A stretch of 64,000 nucleotides of DNA from the NCBI RefSeq assembly GCF_030028105.1, contig NC_092370.1, positions 217,974,005 to 218,038,004 on the forward strand, in the 5' to 3' direction. Origin of the DNA: Mobula birostris (taxonomy: Eukaryota). The notes under the pieces are model-generated. The model made no database searches and had not been told where the DNA came from. It was given only the letters and a program-made list of their open reading frames with translations. Positions within the stretch are counted from its first letter, which is position 1. The number at the start of each line of letters is the position of its first letter. Positions 49,786 through 63,787 of this stretch are shown one piece after another. The position numbers and the translations under genes were made by a program.

Positions 49786-52019
49786 CAAATAAGATACCTG
49801 ACATAATGGCACTCTGCAGAAGCCGAAGATGTAGAAACCATTCAGTCTGTCCAGCCTGTCCTGGCATTCAGTCCAATTATGGCCTGCTAATACCTTAACT
49901 GTACTTATCCATGCCTCCATAGACTTGGGTTATTAAATATAGTCACTCACACTTCCAACTAACCCAAAATCCTACTACTCTGAGAAAGTGCCAGATTTCC
50001 ACAACACTATTTCAACTCTAAGTAAACCAGATTCATTTAAGTATACTTCCTTCTGGTGCTGCTGCCCCTTATTTTCTGCTACTTATCTATTTAATACTGG
50101 TTTTCTATTACTGCCTTGTTTTTATCTACCGCTTTATTTAATTGTCTGAGAGGAAGCCAAACAAAGTTTCATTGTACTTATATATAATTACAGTAAAGAT
50201 CATTCAAACTACATTTTTCCATCTATAGATACTCTAAACGTGCCTACTTTATTAAAGATCTTGCATTCTTCTACAAATACAAAGAAGTCTGTGAATTTTA
50301 GATTTCACAAAAACGTAACCACTTACAACCCTAATTGGTGATTGATAATTGATACAAAGCTAGAATACCTTGTCTAGGCCAGAATGCCAATTCAATACCT
50401 GAACCTTGTACTTCATTAGAGATCTAACCAATGCTCCCTAGTGTTGAAACCTCAGAAGATACATATTCCAAATAGGTTGGACTAAAGTTTAAATTATAGT
50501 TTGTACCAATGTTTTAATGTTAAGTGCTCTGGCACACAATTCCCTTTGTTCCTCATTCCCAAAGAGGAAAATATTTTAATGTTTACCTTTGAGTACAGTG
50601 TGGGTAATACCACATGTGGCCAATGAAAACCATTTGCACACTTTTGACCATCCACTTTACTTGTGTAAATTGCCATTCCAAGCTCTGAATTTCATTTTGC
50701 CCTGTCTGGCTTCATCTATTGATTTGGACATGTTATATTGCTCCATCTAAATCTATTAACACTAACCCAGTAGGTCCTTTGTAGATATTAGTATCACAGT
50801 TATTGCATCCCTGTAACCTTACTCTCTACCACTGACTTCCATAACATGTACCAGCCGACATTCTCAATTCACACTTTCATTTCTGTTAAAATTATTTGCA
50901 TGATCATTAGTAACTGAGTTTTGCAAGTCCACGGAAAGACTACCACCAAAAATTAATTTCAATCACCTTGAAAAAAAATATCGGCAATCAATGATTAACT
51001 TGTACTTTTCCATGAGGTCATAGTGTTCAGAATACACTCACCGAAAAACTATCTGTGTATCCATGGCATCAAACTGTCATGAAGAGCACTGGATATTTAA
51101 GAATAGAATTGACGTTGCACATAAGCATTCATTTATATCATTAGCCCAAGCTAGATTCTTCACTCATTGTCAATAACAGATGGAAGAACTGGATTTCAAC
51201 AACTGACATCCAGGAATGAAGATCACCAGTTGTGTGATTTTACAGAACTTGTGTGGTCCTTAAGCAACATTCATGAAAGAAAGGATGTCAAAGATCACTA
51301 AAAAGAGAATGACAATTCATCCCAGGGTCTTTGAGCATTTACAGCTTACTTAGTACAATTCCTTCCACACAAAACATGAGAATGATATTAATATTCACCA
51401 ATATGTTCTAAGAAATATTTGATTGTATGGTGATCTGCATCAGGGTGAATAGATATGACTTTCCAGTTACAATTTTTTCACTAACCTACAATTAGATGAA
51501 TGAAGAAACATTAACGAAATCACTGGGCTCCTTATTAATCATTCTCACAATACATTTATACTGTAGTTTTCGAATATCCATGATACAATGAAAGGATTCT
51601 AACTTTTCACCACAGATCCATTCAAATATAATCTACCACAATCACAAAACCAAATTCCAGTAACAGAACAGCATAAATGATCATTTATAAAATAACTGGC
51701 CACTTTAAAATTTCACATAATTCATCAACGTTTTGTTTGTACACAGCTTGCAATATGAACCAACCACGGACATGGAAACAACATAACCATCTCACCTTTT
51801 CTCTTCGGACTACGCATTTAACCCCAATTCCCAATGAACTCTAGATTTAAAATCTGTATCATGAACCTCAGTCAACAGATCATTGTATCACACATTTCTC
51901 GTTGCTAATACATTAAAAACTAAACTTCCAATATAGTATAAGATAAGCATTCATTACTTCTAGCGAGGATGGGCATAGATAAGAAGGGGCCATGGAAAAC
52001 TCATTCCACTGTGATTCTG

Positions 52020-52625
52020 GTACCGGCGGCGCGGGTAAATTGAAGCACTGAATTACATTACTTACCTTGTTCAGTTTTAACAAAATGCAACGGGTTTGGA
52101 GGGGGGGAAACGAAGCATTTGAAAGGAGATACAATTTACGCCGAAAACAAGAATGCATTTTCTTATCATGCTACTCACAGCGAAGTTTAACAACTAATAC
52201 TCAGCAGGGCTCTCGACTGGTAGCTTGCTGTTGCACATACTAACCAATCACTTCGCAGAATGGGCCATCTGCAAGAACGACGACCAATCATATTTACTTA
52301 CGCCTACCATTCGCCAGGAGGGGCACTCAATTCCGCCAATCACACCAAAACAAGTGCGGCAAACTGAGGTTGAAGAGACCAATCAAATCGCAGCGACACC
52401 GTATATCAACAAGAGCACGGGGCTGTTGCCGGAGTGTACCGGTAAACCCGGGTCCGGGTGGTATATTACCAGATGACCACACTGGATATCTGAACCACAC
52501 CCTGATTTTGCTCGATAGGAGTGGGGGAAGAAATGGCGGAAATTGCACCATTAAAAACGTGCATTCTGTGACGGCCGTGCAAGTCTAACAAAACAATTTC
52601 ACGTACGTTTTACTATTACGTGTAT
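52020..52625. promoter_or_regulatory. CpG-enriched, probably bidirectional promoter with four CCAAT boxes and a YY1-like site
   Basis: CCAATCA at 52244, 52284, 52336 and 52379; AAATGGCGG at 52531; ACGTG cores at 52557, 52600 (reverse) and 52618; consensus minus-strand donor AAG|GTAAGT at 52066/52065. Confidence 0.72.
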
Positions 52626-52779
52626 TGCATTACTATTCACTATGACTACTTACTTTCACTTTTTCAACATTGTTGCCTCTGCATTGTTTCAAGCCTGACA
52701 GCCATGCTATCTCACGAAAATCCCACAGACTCGCTAAACAAGCCCTTGCGTAATTTCATTTGTGGTCTCTTTACTTAAG

Positions 52780-53150
52780 CTACTGTACTTGCTGTTAGGA
52801 GTGCAGAGAAATATCCCTTCACGGGTTCCGGGAATAACCAGTTGCCTGTACAAAGAGAAAGTCAGTGGGCTGAGTCTGCTGGAACTATTTTAGGGCTTGA
52901 TTGGCTGCATACAGGGAGGATGTTTCGTTTTGACCGAGGTTTCTAGAACCAACCGTCATGATTTTAAAGTAAGAGATAGTTCATTTAGTTCTGAGATAAA
53001 GAAGAGTCTCTTCATTGATTTGTGAACCTTTCGGTTTCTCTCCAAATGCAGGTTCAGTTATCGTACTCATTCAAAACACAGATCAGCTAATTTCAGAACA
53101 TTGAGGGAATCAGGCAGTATGGTGTGGAAAATGGCATTGCAATTGAAAAA
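52780..53150 (+). mobile_element. Old CR1 3' remnant
   Basis: Degenerate ggagtgcagaga...tctagaacc...gagggaatcagg tail-type sequence. Confidence 0.55.
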
Positions 53151-56019
53151 TTAAGTGTGATCTTTCTATTTCATACCGATGTCCTTATGTTTACTGTGTA
53201 AGAAGCTAAAGGTATAGCGAGCAGAACGTGAGTGAGAAGTGGGAGTAAGTTCAGGCAACTAGAAACTCAGGATCATCCTTGACAATTGGACGGTCCTGCT
53301 TCCAATTCGCAAGGATGATGAAAATTAATGAGTTTATTATGAAAGAAGTTTGTTTTGTTTAAGTCCATCGCCCAGACTGGAGCATAGGCTGCCCACTGCA
53401 ACTCGCCAGAGTCCTCTGTCCTGGGCTAGTCTTTCAAGTTGTCCCCAGATGTAACCCATCTACATAAAGATCCTTCCTCTCCCAGGGCTGAGATCTTTGG
53501 AGCTTCTGTTGGCATTTCTCTAGCTCTGGGCTTTTACAGAATGGGGTTTTTGATCCTATGCTTAACCTTCCTTCTTTTGCAGCTGGGCTTGGGACTATGC
53601 ATAGCGGAGTTAAAGTTTATTTTGATATATAAAAAATCCTTGAAAATTGTTCTGCAAGGTGATCACCCAGCTTGCACCTGCACTCTACAATGTGAAGCAC
53701 ACCACATTGTGAGCACTGAATACAGTGTCCAAAATTGGAAGAATATCAGTGAATCACTGCCTCACCCTGATGAAAGGAATGTGCAGATCTCTAAATGGTG
53801 GGAAGGGAGAGGTGAAAGGGTTCTTATTGTATATTTCCTATTTGCATTGGAAAATGCTTGGAGAAGGGAAATTACTGTTGGTGGAGATGAAAGGAGTAAA
53901 TCAGAGCTGTGCAGAGGGAATAATCTTTTTGAAATGTCGTGATAGGTGATGGAAGGAGAGTATGATGAAACTGTTGGTATTTTCATATCAATAATGTACA
54001 AGATGACACCGATTAATCATGAATATTTGCATACAGCTCCATGGGTACTGACACAGAACAACATATTTCATGACATATGCCAGGGATACTAAACCTGATT
54101 CTGATTGAAAGTGGCAAATTATGGAAGGTGATTCATTAAACATGGGGCAGAGTTAAGACAAAGGAAACCAAACCATTTCTCTTGCTGGAAGAGGAAAGGG
54201 TTTGAGAAGTGTGGAGAATAGAACAAAGCTGGCTTTTTTTAAATGCACAAACATGTTTGGTCAAAAAAGAGAAGATTACAAAGGAGGGAGACTGTTTTCG
54301 GGCCCTGATTCATGGTAGAAGTGTGGGTCGGCTTGGGATGGGCTGCAGGTCTGGTGAAAGTGGATGTTCTTGGTGAAATGAACTATCTGGGACCAGGAAA
54401 TTGGAAACTATCCAAGTTGTAAAGAATGCCAGAGGGGTCATGGATGCAAACTGTAGGGGACTGGACAAGGGGAAATGATAAGGTAAGAAGGAATGTGACT
54501 GGTTCCATCTGTTTGTAGATATTAAGAATGTATTGAAGGCAACCTGTGTAATGTTTAAAGATGGAAACTGGAGGGATGATCTCTGGAGAAAAGTGATCAG
54601 TGACTGTGTGGGAGATAATACCTGTTGTTGTTTATTATATGGAAAATCCTGTATTTTAACTTCATCTGGTTGACAAGTTAGGTTTAGGAACTCCTGATAC
54701 TGTTCTGTTCTCATGCGTCCAATCTTCACCTGGAGTCGGTCTCATGAGGTTGTTGGTCAATGTAGAATGGGAGGAATGAGATTACAGATTCTAGCGATGG
54801 CTGCACAGTCTCTAAAGGTCAATCAGTTTTGTGCTCTATATGTTCGGCATCCATTCCATCAAATTGGCAGTAGCACCACACAAGCTCTGTGTGAAGATGA
54901 GAATTTGCCTCTACAGGGCCTCGTTACTTTTCCTATCAGTATTGTTAAGGTAGAGGCATCTGAGACAGGTAGACTAATGAGGGCAAAAATTAATGTTAAT
55001 CATGGTTTTCTCAAAGGCAATGTTCAGTTTATTGTCTTCTACACAAGTACATGCACTGTATGCAGAGATGCCATGAGAAACCTGCTTGCAGCAGCATATT
55101 TACTGACCAGGTCTGGCTGTTGCATTCTTTGTGGTTTTGACAAGATTTGGTTAACAATGCAATTTTACTGCATTTTCATCTGGAGTACAGTAAAACTCAG
55201 ATACCTAGTACTCAGTTGTTCAGAAAATCTGATGGTTTGGTGCCTGGCTTACCCTTAGTGCAGGGCTCTGGAGTGTGGGTTGGATGTGCACTGTCTGGAC
55301 CATGGACTGTGTGTGTGGCAAGAGCCAGGATCAAGGTTGGGAACACTGGGATTTGAGAACATAGATAATTTTATGATTGGCGTTGGGGCAAGCTGAAACA
55401 TACAAGCTGTACCCCACTGGGTTCTCTGAAAAAAATTATTGTACTACCCTATAAGACATATGAATAAATTAAAGTTTGTTGGAGTATTAATAGGGCTAAC
55501 AGACTGTAAAATCTGCTGGTCCAAAATCACCAAAGTCCCAAGGGTGATGGAATATGAGAACTTTAAGGTTCATCGGACCTAACCATTTCTTCTGAGTGGT
55601 GTTTAATCATGGAGGAGTATCACTGAAAAGACGGAGTCAGGCTGAATCAGCCAGATTCTGCAAGCGTGATCTGCCTGGGAGGTAGTTTTCCCCTGATAGA
55701 AAAAAAATCCCGAATGTCTTTGAGAAAATATTGCACTGTCAATGAGGATGGGTGTGGTTTATGTTGGATGCAGTGATGCGAATGATGACTGAAAAAACAC
55801 ATACAGTACTTATCCCACTTTGTCATACAGTTTGGTGATACTGAGCGTGGCCATTATCACATCACTTCCAAGACAAATAAGGGAAAATCATTAGACTTTT
55901 CTTTAAGACTTAAGAGAAGAGATGTGAGAGAAGGCAGAAAAGTTGTAGATAGATATTTTTCCCCCAGTTTATTTATTGTTTTCCTTCTTTATGTTTGCAC
56001 GTTTAGAACAGTAGTGATG

Positions 56020-59000
56020 TAAGGCAGGCTGGTTGAATGCACCTCTTGTGGGATGTGGAGGACAGGGAGGCCTCCAGTGTCCCTGACGACCACACCTGGA
56101 GAAACGCATCCAGCTACAGTTTCTAACACTCCACGTTAAGAAATTGGAGCCGGAACTGGATGAACTCCAGATCGTTCGGGAGACTGAGTGAGTGATAGGA
56201 GATATAGAGAGGTAGTTGCACCCTCGATGCAGGACATGAGAATGGGTGACAGGAAGGGGAAAGAGGTTGAACAGTTTGTGCAGAGTACCTCTGGGTTCAT
56301 CCCCCTTAACAGTTCTTTGGATACTGTTGAAGGGGGGATGACCTAGCAGAGGAAAGTTACAGTGGTCAGCTCTTTGGCCTGAGTCTGGCTCTATGATTCC
56401 GAAGGGAAGTGGGGAGAAAAGGGTAGCTGTGGTGATTGGGAATTCATTAGCTGGGGGAACAAAAAGGAGTTCTGTGGATGAGAATGCGATTCCCGGATGG
56501 TACATATTGTTGCTTCCTGGGTGCCAAGGTCCAGGACATCCCAGATGGAGTCCTCAGCATTCTTAAGTGGGAGGGTTAACAGCCAGAGGTCATGGTCCAT
56601 GTACCATGACAAAGGTAAGAAGAGTGGTGAGGTTCTGCATAGGGCGTTCAGGGAGTTAGGTGCTAAGTTAAAGGGCAGGACCTCTATGGTTGTGATCTCA
56701 AGATTGCTACCTGTGCCACGTGCTAGTGAGGCCAGAAATAAGAAGATCATACAGTTTTAACACATGGCTAAGGAGATGGTGCAGGAGAGAGGGTTTTAGA
56801 TTTTTAGATCATGGGCTCTCTTCCAGGGAAGGTGGGACCTGTACAGAAGAGATGGTTTGCCCCTCAACTGGAGGGGGACTAATATTCTAGCATGAAGGTT
56901 TGCTAGTGCTGCACAGCCGTGCAGTGGGAGTGTGGGTGGGTGTGGGGGCCCGAGTACCAGAATACACAATGGAGAAGTTGTGGAGATGATGCTGTTAAGA
57001 CCTCAGACAAAGTCAGGAATCAGAAGGTTGAGCATGGTGTGATTAATGTCCTGAGCTGTGTATACTTCAATGCAAAAAATATTGCAGGAAGGGCAGATGA
57101 GCTCAGGGCATGGTCAACACTGGGAATTATGATATTGTAATGAATAATGAGACAGTTGCAGAAAAGACAGGACTGGCAGCATGATATTCTGGGGTTCCAT
57201 TGATTTAGATGTGACAGACGGGAGCGAATAAAGGAGGGGAGTGGCATTACTACTCAGGGAAAATGTCACAGCAGTACTCAGTCAGCACAGACTGGAGAAT
57301 ATCAGTCCAGAACCTTTTGGTGGAACTGAGGAATAAGAAAGGTATGACCACATTAATGGGCCTGTATTATAGACCACCCAACGGTCTGTGGGATTTAGAG
57401 GAACAAACTTGTACAGAGATCACAGACTGCTGCGAAAAACATAAGGTTGTTATAGTGGGTCATTTTAACTTTCCACATATTGGCTGGATTCCCGTACTGT
57501 AAAGGAACTAGATGAGGTAGAGTTGTTAAACATGTTGAGGAAAGTTTCTTTAATCAGTATGTAGAAGTCCCAACTTGATCTGCTGTTAGGAAATGAGTCA
57601 GGGCAAGTGACAGAAGTTTGCATAGGGGAACACTTTGCATCCAGTGATCTTAATGCCATTAGTTTCAAAGTAAATAGGGAAAAAAATAGGTCTGGTTTGC
57701 AGTTTGAGATTCTGAATTGAAGAAAAGCCAGTTTTAATGGTAACAGAAAGGATCTGGCAATTGTGGATTGGGATAGGCTGTTTTCTGGCAAAGATGTACT
57801 TGGTAAGTGGAAGGCCTTCAAAAGAGAAATTTTGAGATTACAAAATTTATATGTGCCTGTCAGAATAAAAAGTAAAGATTACAGGTTTAGGGAACCTTGG
57901 TGTTCAAGAGATATAGAGGCCCTGGTTAAGAAAAAAAAAATGACATGCATTGCAGGTCTAGGCAGGTAGGAAGGAACAAATGAGGTGCTTATGGAGTATA
58001 AGAAATGCACGAGAACACTTAAGAAAAAAATCAGGAGGGTTAAAAGAAGGCATGAGGTTGCTCTAGCAGACAGGGTGAAGGAGAATCCTAAGGGTTTTTA
58101 CAGATATTCTAAGAGCAAAAGGATTGTTAGGAACTAAATTAGTCCTCTGGAAGAACAGAATGTGGAGTGAAAAGAGATATGGGAGATCTTAAATGGATGT
58201 TTTTCCATCTATATTTACACAGGAGACGGACATAGAGTCTATGGAAGTGAGGTCACATACCATATACAGATTGTAGAGGAGGAGGTATTTGCAGTCTTCA
58301 GGCAGATTAGGGTGGATAATTCCCCAGGGCCTGACGAAGTATTCCCTTTGACCCTGCGGGAGGCAAGTGAAGAAATTGCAGGGGCCCTAGCGGGGATATT
58401 TAAGTCATCCTTGGCAACAGGTGAGGTACCAGAGGATAGCAGAATAGCTAGTGTTGTTCTGCTGTTTAAGAAAGGCTCTAAAAATAAACCAGGAAATTAT
58501 GGGCCTGTGAGTCTGACATACATGGTGGGAAAGTTATTGGAAGGTATTCTAAGGGACCAGATGTATGAATATTTGGATAGATGTGGACTGTAGCCAGGAG
58601 GTGGTGGTAGATGGTTGTCTTTCTTACTGGAGGCCTGTGACTAGTGGAGTGCCACAGGGATCAGTGCTCAGTGCAGAGTTGTTTCTCATCTATACTGTAC
58701 CAAGGATCTGGATGATAATGTGGTTAACTGGATCAGCAAATTTGCTGATGACACAAAGATTGGGGGTGTAGTGGGCAGCAAGGAAGACTATTAGAGACTG
58801 TACAGGGATCTGGACCAGCTGGAAAAATGGGCTGAAAAATTGGCAGATGGAATTTAATGCAGATACGTGTGAGGTTTGCCCTTCAGTAGAACCAACCAGG
58901 GTAGGTCTTACACAGTGAATGCTATGGCATTAGAGAGTGTGGTAGAACAGAAGGATCTGGGAATACAGGTTCATAATTTATTGAAAGTGGTGTCACAGGT

Positions 59001-59660
59001 AGACTGGGTTATAAAGAAGGTTTTTGGCCCATTGACCTTCATAAATCAACGTTTTGAGTACAGGACATGGGATGTTATCTTGAAGTTGTATAAAATGTTG
59101 GTCAGGCATAATTTGTAGTTTTAGTCACTAACCTACAGGAAAGATGTAAATAAGGTTGAAAGAGTACACAGAAAATTTACAAGGGTGTTGCCAGAACTGG
59201 AGAACCTGAGTTATAAGGAAAGATTGAATAGGTTAAGACTGTATTCCCTAGAATACAATGTAGAATATTGTGGGGAGATCTGGTAGAGGTATACCAAATT
59301 ATGATAGGTATTAATAGGGTAAATACAAGCAGGCTTTTTCCTCTGAGGTTGGTTGGGTCTACAATGAGATAAGGGTGGGTTAACGGATAAGGGTGAGAGG
59401 TGAAAAGTTTAAGGGAACCATCAGGAGAAATTTCTTTACTCAGAGGATCGCATAGGTGTGGATTGAACTGCCAGTGCAAGTGATGTATGTAAACTCAATT
59501 TCAAAGTTTAAGAGAAGTTTGATTAGCTACGTGGATTCCAGGGATACGGGGTGCAATGGTCCTCAATGCAGGTTGATGGGAGTAGGCAGGTTTAAGTAGT
59601 TTGGCATGGACTAGATAGGCCAAAGGGCCTTTTTCTGTGCTGTACTTTGCTGTGGCTCTA
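56020..59660 (+). mobile_element. Near full-length but internally deleted, degraded CR1 LINE (ORF1 esterase, APE, RT, tail)
   Basis: FRELGAKLKGRTSMVVISRLLPVP, LMGLYYRPP, SPGPDEVFP, SGVPQGSVL; same architecture as 13350-17460. Confidence 0.92.
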
Positions 59661-61220
59661 TGGTGTAGGTAATCATGGAAGAGTTCTTTCCTCACCCATA
59701 TCATTTGGGAGCCAAATATCTTCTACAGTAAGCTAGTAGTTTCATGATTATAATTAATTAGTAAAGTTTTTAATGCCAGAGGTTTTTAAGTAATTGAATT
59801 TGAATTTTTCAGCTTTCCTCCAGGATTTGAACTCCTGCTTTGAAAACCTTGACAAGTCTAATAACACATAAGGCAATAATCCCTTGCCCACTTTTAGAAA
59901 TAGTTAATAATAAAGGTCCCACACAAGTGAAGCTTGTTTTTGAAAATAATGTTAAATTTGCTTCTTGTTCCTATTCCTGGAAAGGGTTTTCTTTTTCTGA
60001 AAGAACTATATTCTTTCACAGATACTGTTCCTGACAACTGTCATACACTCCTCAATATGAATCACTGGATGGTGATGACTAAAAGGAATTTTAGCTGATC
60101 TCATCTCCCTGATTTTCAAAAGTATGGTAATTTGTAATGTCTTTCTGCAATATGCCTGAGACCTGATGCTATTTCAGAATTCCCAGAATACTGGCTGAGT
60201 ATTCCTGCTACTTATTATGTACAGTAATTTGACTACCAATGGGAAGAGAGGGTCACTATAATGTATTTGTTGTTAATGTCATATCCAAAACAATTTCCAT
60301 ATTTGTAAGGGATGAGTTTGTAAGTAACTGACTCAAAGATGTAATGTTGCCCCATGAGATCCTGGTTTTTCAGAAGTCTGACAGGCTCTTATTGTTCTTG
60401 GACATTGTTGATATTCTTATAACTTCTGTAGAAGATCTAACTCTAGAGGTGTAAATTTTGCATAGAGTTTTAAAAGAAAGCTAGTATGCAGAGTTTAAGT
60501 TTATAATCTACGTTTTCCATTAGCTGAACATTCCAGAGGCAAAACTTGTAATAATGAAGAATGAATGTCCTCGGGACAAATTCTAATTTGTGATATGAAT
60601 GTATCTCATTATAGGATCCTTAATTTAATTGCCTGAACAATATTATTGCTTACTTTTGAGAGAGAAAAATTGACCAATTAAATTTATAATTTCTTTCAGT
60701 GTTATTGCTTTGAAATTGTGATGTTGAGAAGCAGAACTCTTGCACATTTTGTCAAATGTACATTCTATGAAATGGATTTGATGTCACTACTCTACTTGGT
60801 CTCAAGTCCTTTATAGGAATCTGAGCAAGGTTTTGGAATTTTGTCCTAATATGCTCGTGCACAACATTAACTTTTTTGTTTGAGTGTGTTTCTGTGAAGT
60901 GTCTTGCAGAATTAAAAGCACTGTATAAACAGTTATTGCTATCTTCGTTTTCAAAGAATGTTTTTAAAACCTTTAATGTTTTCTAAGATAAGGGAAATTT
61001 GTTCAATGTAGCAATATGATTTGAAACAATTAGTTTTAATTTTGGCTAGGAATTATTTATCAGCTGGGGAACTCTTGTTTTTCTTAATATGGTTTGTAGT
61101 TTGTCTGGGGTCTACACAGTTTGGCATGAAGTCTTGTGAAGAATTATTGACTTGGTTTCCACTTTCTGTCCTTCATGATTATCTGCCCGAGTTTCACCCT
61201 GTATAAAAGTATCTCTTTGA

Positions 61221-62660
61221 GATTCAAGATTCAAGATTCAAAAAACTTTATTATCATTCTAACCGTACATCAGCTCTGCAGGGCAGAATGAGACAGCGTT
61301 TCCCAGGAGCAGTGCAATCATAACATAACAAGCGCAACACTAAATAATAAACATAACAATAAATAGTAAAACACAACAGCCACATGTCGGTTAAAATCAA
61401 GTTATAAGTGTCCAGTGCAAGTTAAAAGTGTCCAAAGCAGAGTCAGCTAGAGCAGCTATTTAGCAGTCTGACTGCCTGTGGGAGGAAGCTGTTTAGTAGC
61501 CTTGTGGTTTTAGTTTTGATGCTCCTGTAACGTTTGCCTGATGGCAGAAGAACAAACAGTTCATGGAGAGGGTGTGAGGGGTCTTTAATGATGTACCGTG
61601 TCTTCTGGAGGCATCGACTCTGAAAGAGGTCTTGGACAGAAGATAGGGAGACCCCAATAACCTTCTCTGCTCCCCTAACCACCCTCTGCAAGGCTTTTCT
61701 GTTGACAGCACTGCAGCTGGAGTACCAGGTTGTGATGCTAAAGGTCAGCACACTCTCAACCACGCCTCTGTAGAATATAGTTAAGATGTTAGTGGGGAGT
61801 GATGCTTGTTTAAGCTTCCTCAGAAAGTGCAATCTCTGCTGGGCTCGTTTCACAATCCCAGTGGTGTTCTTGGACCAGGTGAGATTGTCCGAGATCCGCA
61901 CCCCAAGGAACTTGGTGTTTTCCACTCTCTCCACTGTGGAGCTGCTGATGCTGAGGGGTGTGTGCTCCGGCTGAGACCGTCTGAAATCGACGATCATCTC
62001 CTTGGTTTTGCATCAAGTTGTTATCACTGCACCAGCTCTCTAGGTGATTGACCTCCTCCCTGTACATTATTTCATAATTTTTGCTGGTGAGCCCCACCAT
62101 TGTGGTATCATCAGCAAATTTAATGATCAGGTTCTCCTTGAACCCGGCTGCACAGTCATGTGTTAGCAGTGTAAACAGCAATGGGCTAAGTACACAGCCT
62201 TGTGGAGATCCGGTGCTCAGCGTGATGAAGTCAGAGTTGTTCCTGCCAACACGGACTGACTGTGGTCTCTCTGTCAAGAAATCCAGAATCCAGCGACACA
62301 TGGCAGTGTTAAGGCCAAGCAGCGACAGTTTCTCCACTAGCCTCTGCGGGATGATGGTATTGAACGCTGAACTGAAATCAATGTACAGGATTCTGGCATA
62401 AGTGTCTTTGTTGTCCAAGTGAGAGAGAACTGTGTGCAGTGTGGTGGATATTGCGTCCTCCATAGAGCGATTTTGACGATAAGCAGACTGTAGAGGATCC
62501 AGCGATGAGGGGAGGCTGGCTGTGATATGAGGCTTGACAAGCTGTTCAAAACATTTCATCACTATGGTGTCAGGGCAATGGGACGGTAATCATTCAGACA
62601 GGCTACAACTGATTTCTTTGCTACAGGGTTGATTGTGGAGGGTTTGAAGCATCTGGGGAC
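61221..62660 (-). mobile_element. Rex/Babar-like LINE, 5'-truncated
   Basis: [34 protein letters not shown]; (attcaag)n tail at 61221-61240; one frameshift. Confidence 0.92.
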
Positions 62661-63133
62661 ATTCTTGATTCTGTCAAGACCATTTTAAGCAATATCCACA
62701 TAAAGCTGGGGGAACTCCGCAGGTCACATCCATGGAAAAGAGTACAGTCAATGTTTTGGACCGAGACCCTTCATCAGGACCACTTTAACCTCTTTTTCTG
62801 AATTTTAATTATGCCTATCAAATCAACTTTTAATCTTCACTGGTCCAGCACTGACTTGTCAAATTTATTTTCTTTTCAGTATTCTGTTGGTTTTCATTTA
62901 GTTTGACTCCCTCTATCCCTTTAATTTTCCTCCTATGTTATAGAACCTAAAACTCCTCAAAAAATCTAATCCTGGGTATTGATTTTTAAGTCTTTGTCAT
63001 GCTCGGAAATGAGAATTTATGTATATGGTACCAGTTTAAAATCTTGTTGACCTAACCTCTAAATTTACCCTATTGTTGCACATTGAAGCATATAACGTTT
63101 TAAACCAAGATGTTCCACCTGGTGTATCTAGGT

Positions 63134-63787
63134 CAGCGGTCCCCAACCACTGGGCCGCGGACCGGTACCGGGCTGCAAAGCACGTGCTACCGGGCCGTGT
63201 GGAAACGACATGATTTGGCGATATGAGTCAGCTGCACCTTTCCTCATTCCTTGTCACGCCCACTGTTGAGCTTGAACGCAAGCGAGGTCATTACCCGCGC
63301 ATCATCCATGTCAGCGCGGGAAGAAGATCAACTCCTCGAGCTTGCAAATGACGAGGGACTGGAAAGTATGTTTGACATAACATCTCTGCCGGCATTCTGG
63401 ATCAAAGTCAAGACTAACTATCCTGAGATAGCCATGAAAGCACTGAAAATGTTGCTTCCATTTCCAACATATCACTGCGAAGCGGGGTTTTCTGCAATGA
63501 ATGCAACTTAAACTAAATTGCGGAATAGACTGGACATAAGGAATTCCCTTTGAGTATCGCTGTCTCCCATCACCCCTTGATAGGACCATGTTGTTGCAGG
63601 GAAACAAGCCCAGGGCTTCATGGTCATTGTAGTCTTTCTCGGGGTAAGCTCAACGTATTTGACTGCTACTCTTGTCCGTTGGCAGCCCTACCCTCCCCCC
63701 CCCCCCCCCCCCCCGCGGTCGGCCGGTCCGCAAGAATATTGTCAATCGTAAACCGGTCCACAGTGCAAAAAAGGTTGGGGACTCCTG
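63134..63787 (+). mobile_element. Non-autonomous hAT-Charlie/Buster-like element with transposase C-terminal (dimerisation) fragment
   Basis: Perfect 8-bp TSD atctaggt (63126-63133 and 63788-63795); TIRs CAGCGGTCCCCAACC / GGTTGGGGACTCCTG; FWIKVKTNYPEIAMKALKMLLPFPTYHCEAGFS. Confidence 0.93.

Noticed and set aside
52533-52571. ATG GCG as the SNAPC1 start codon, suggested by human synteny
   Set aside because: The frame stops after 12 codons and I could not find recognisable SNAPC1 exons anywhere in the window.
53439-55356. Long ORFs of 139-181 aa
   Set aside because: No recognisable homology; they partly overlap decayed repeat sequence (Penelope-like around 53750-54550).
55780-55795. ATGATGA...CTGA as a C/D snoRNA
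   Set aside because: The boxes are adjacent, with no guide region or terminal stem.
60022-60126. Possible + strand exon (ttctttcacag| ... |gtaatt)
   Set aside because: Closed in all three frames with no independent support; could be a UTR exon but is equally consistent with chance.
63251-63511. Domesticated ZBED/SCAND3-like host gene exon
   Set aside because: Lies wholly within a TIR- and TSD-bounded deleted hAT element and ends in a premature stop.
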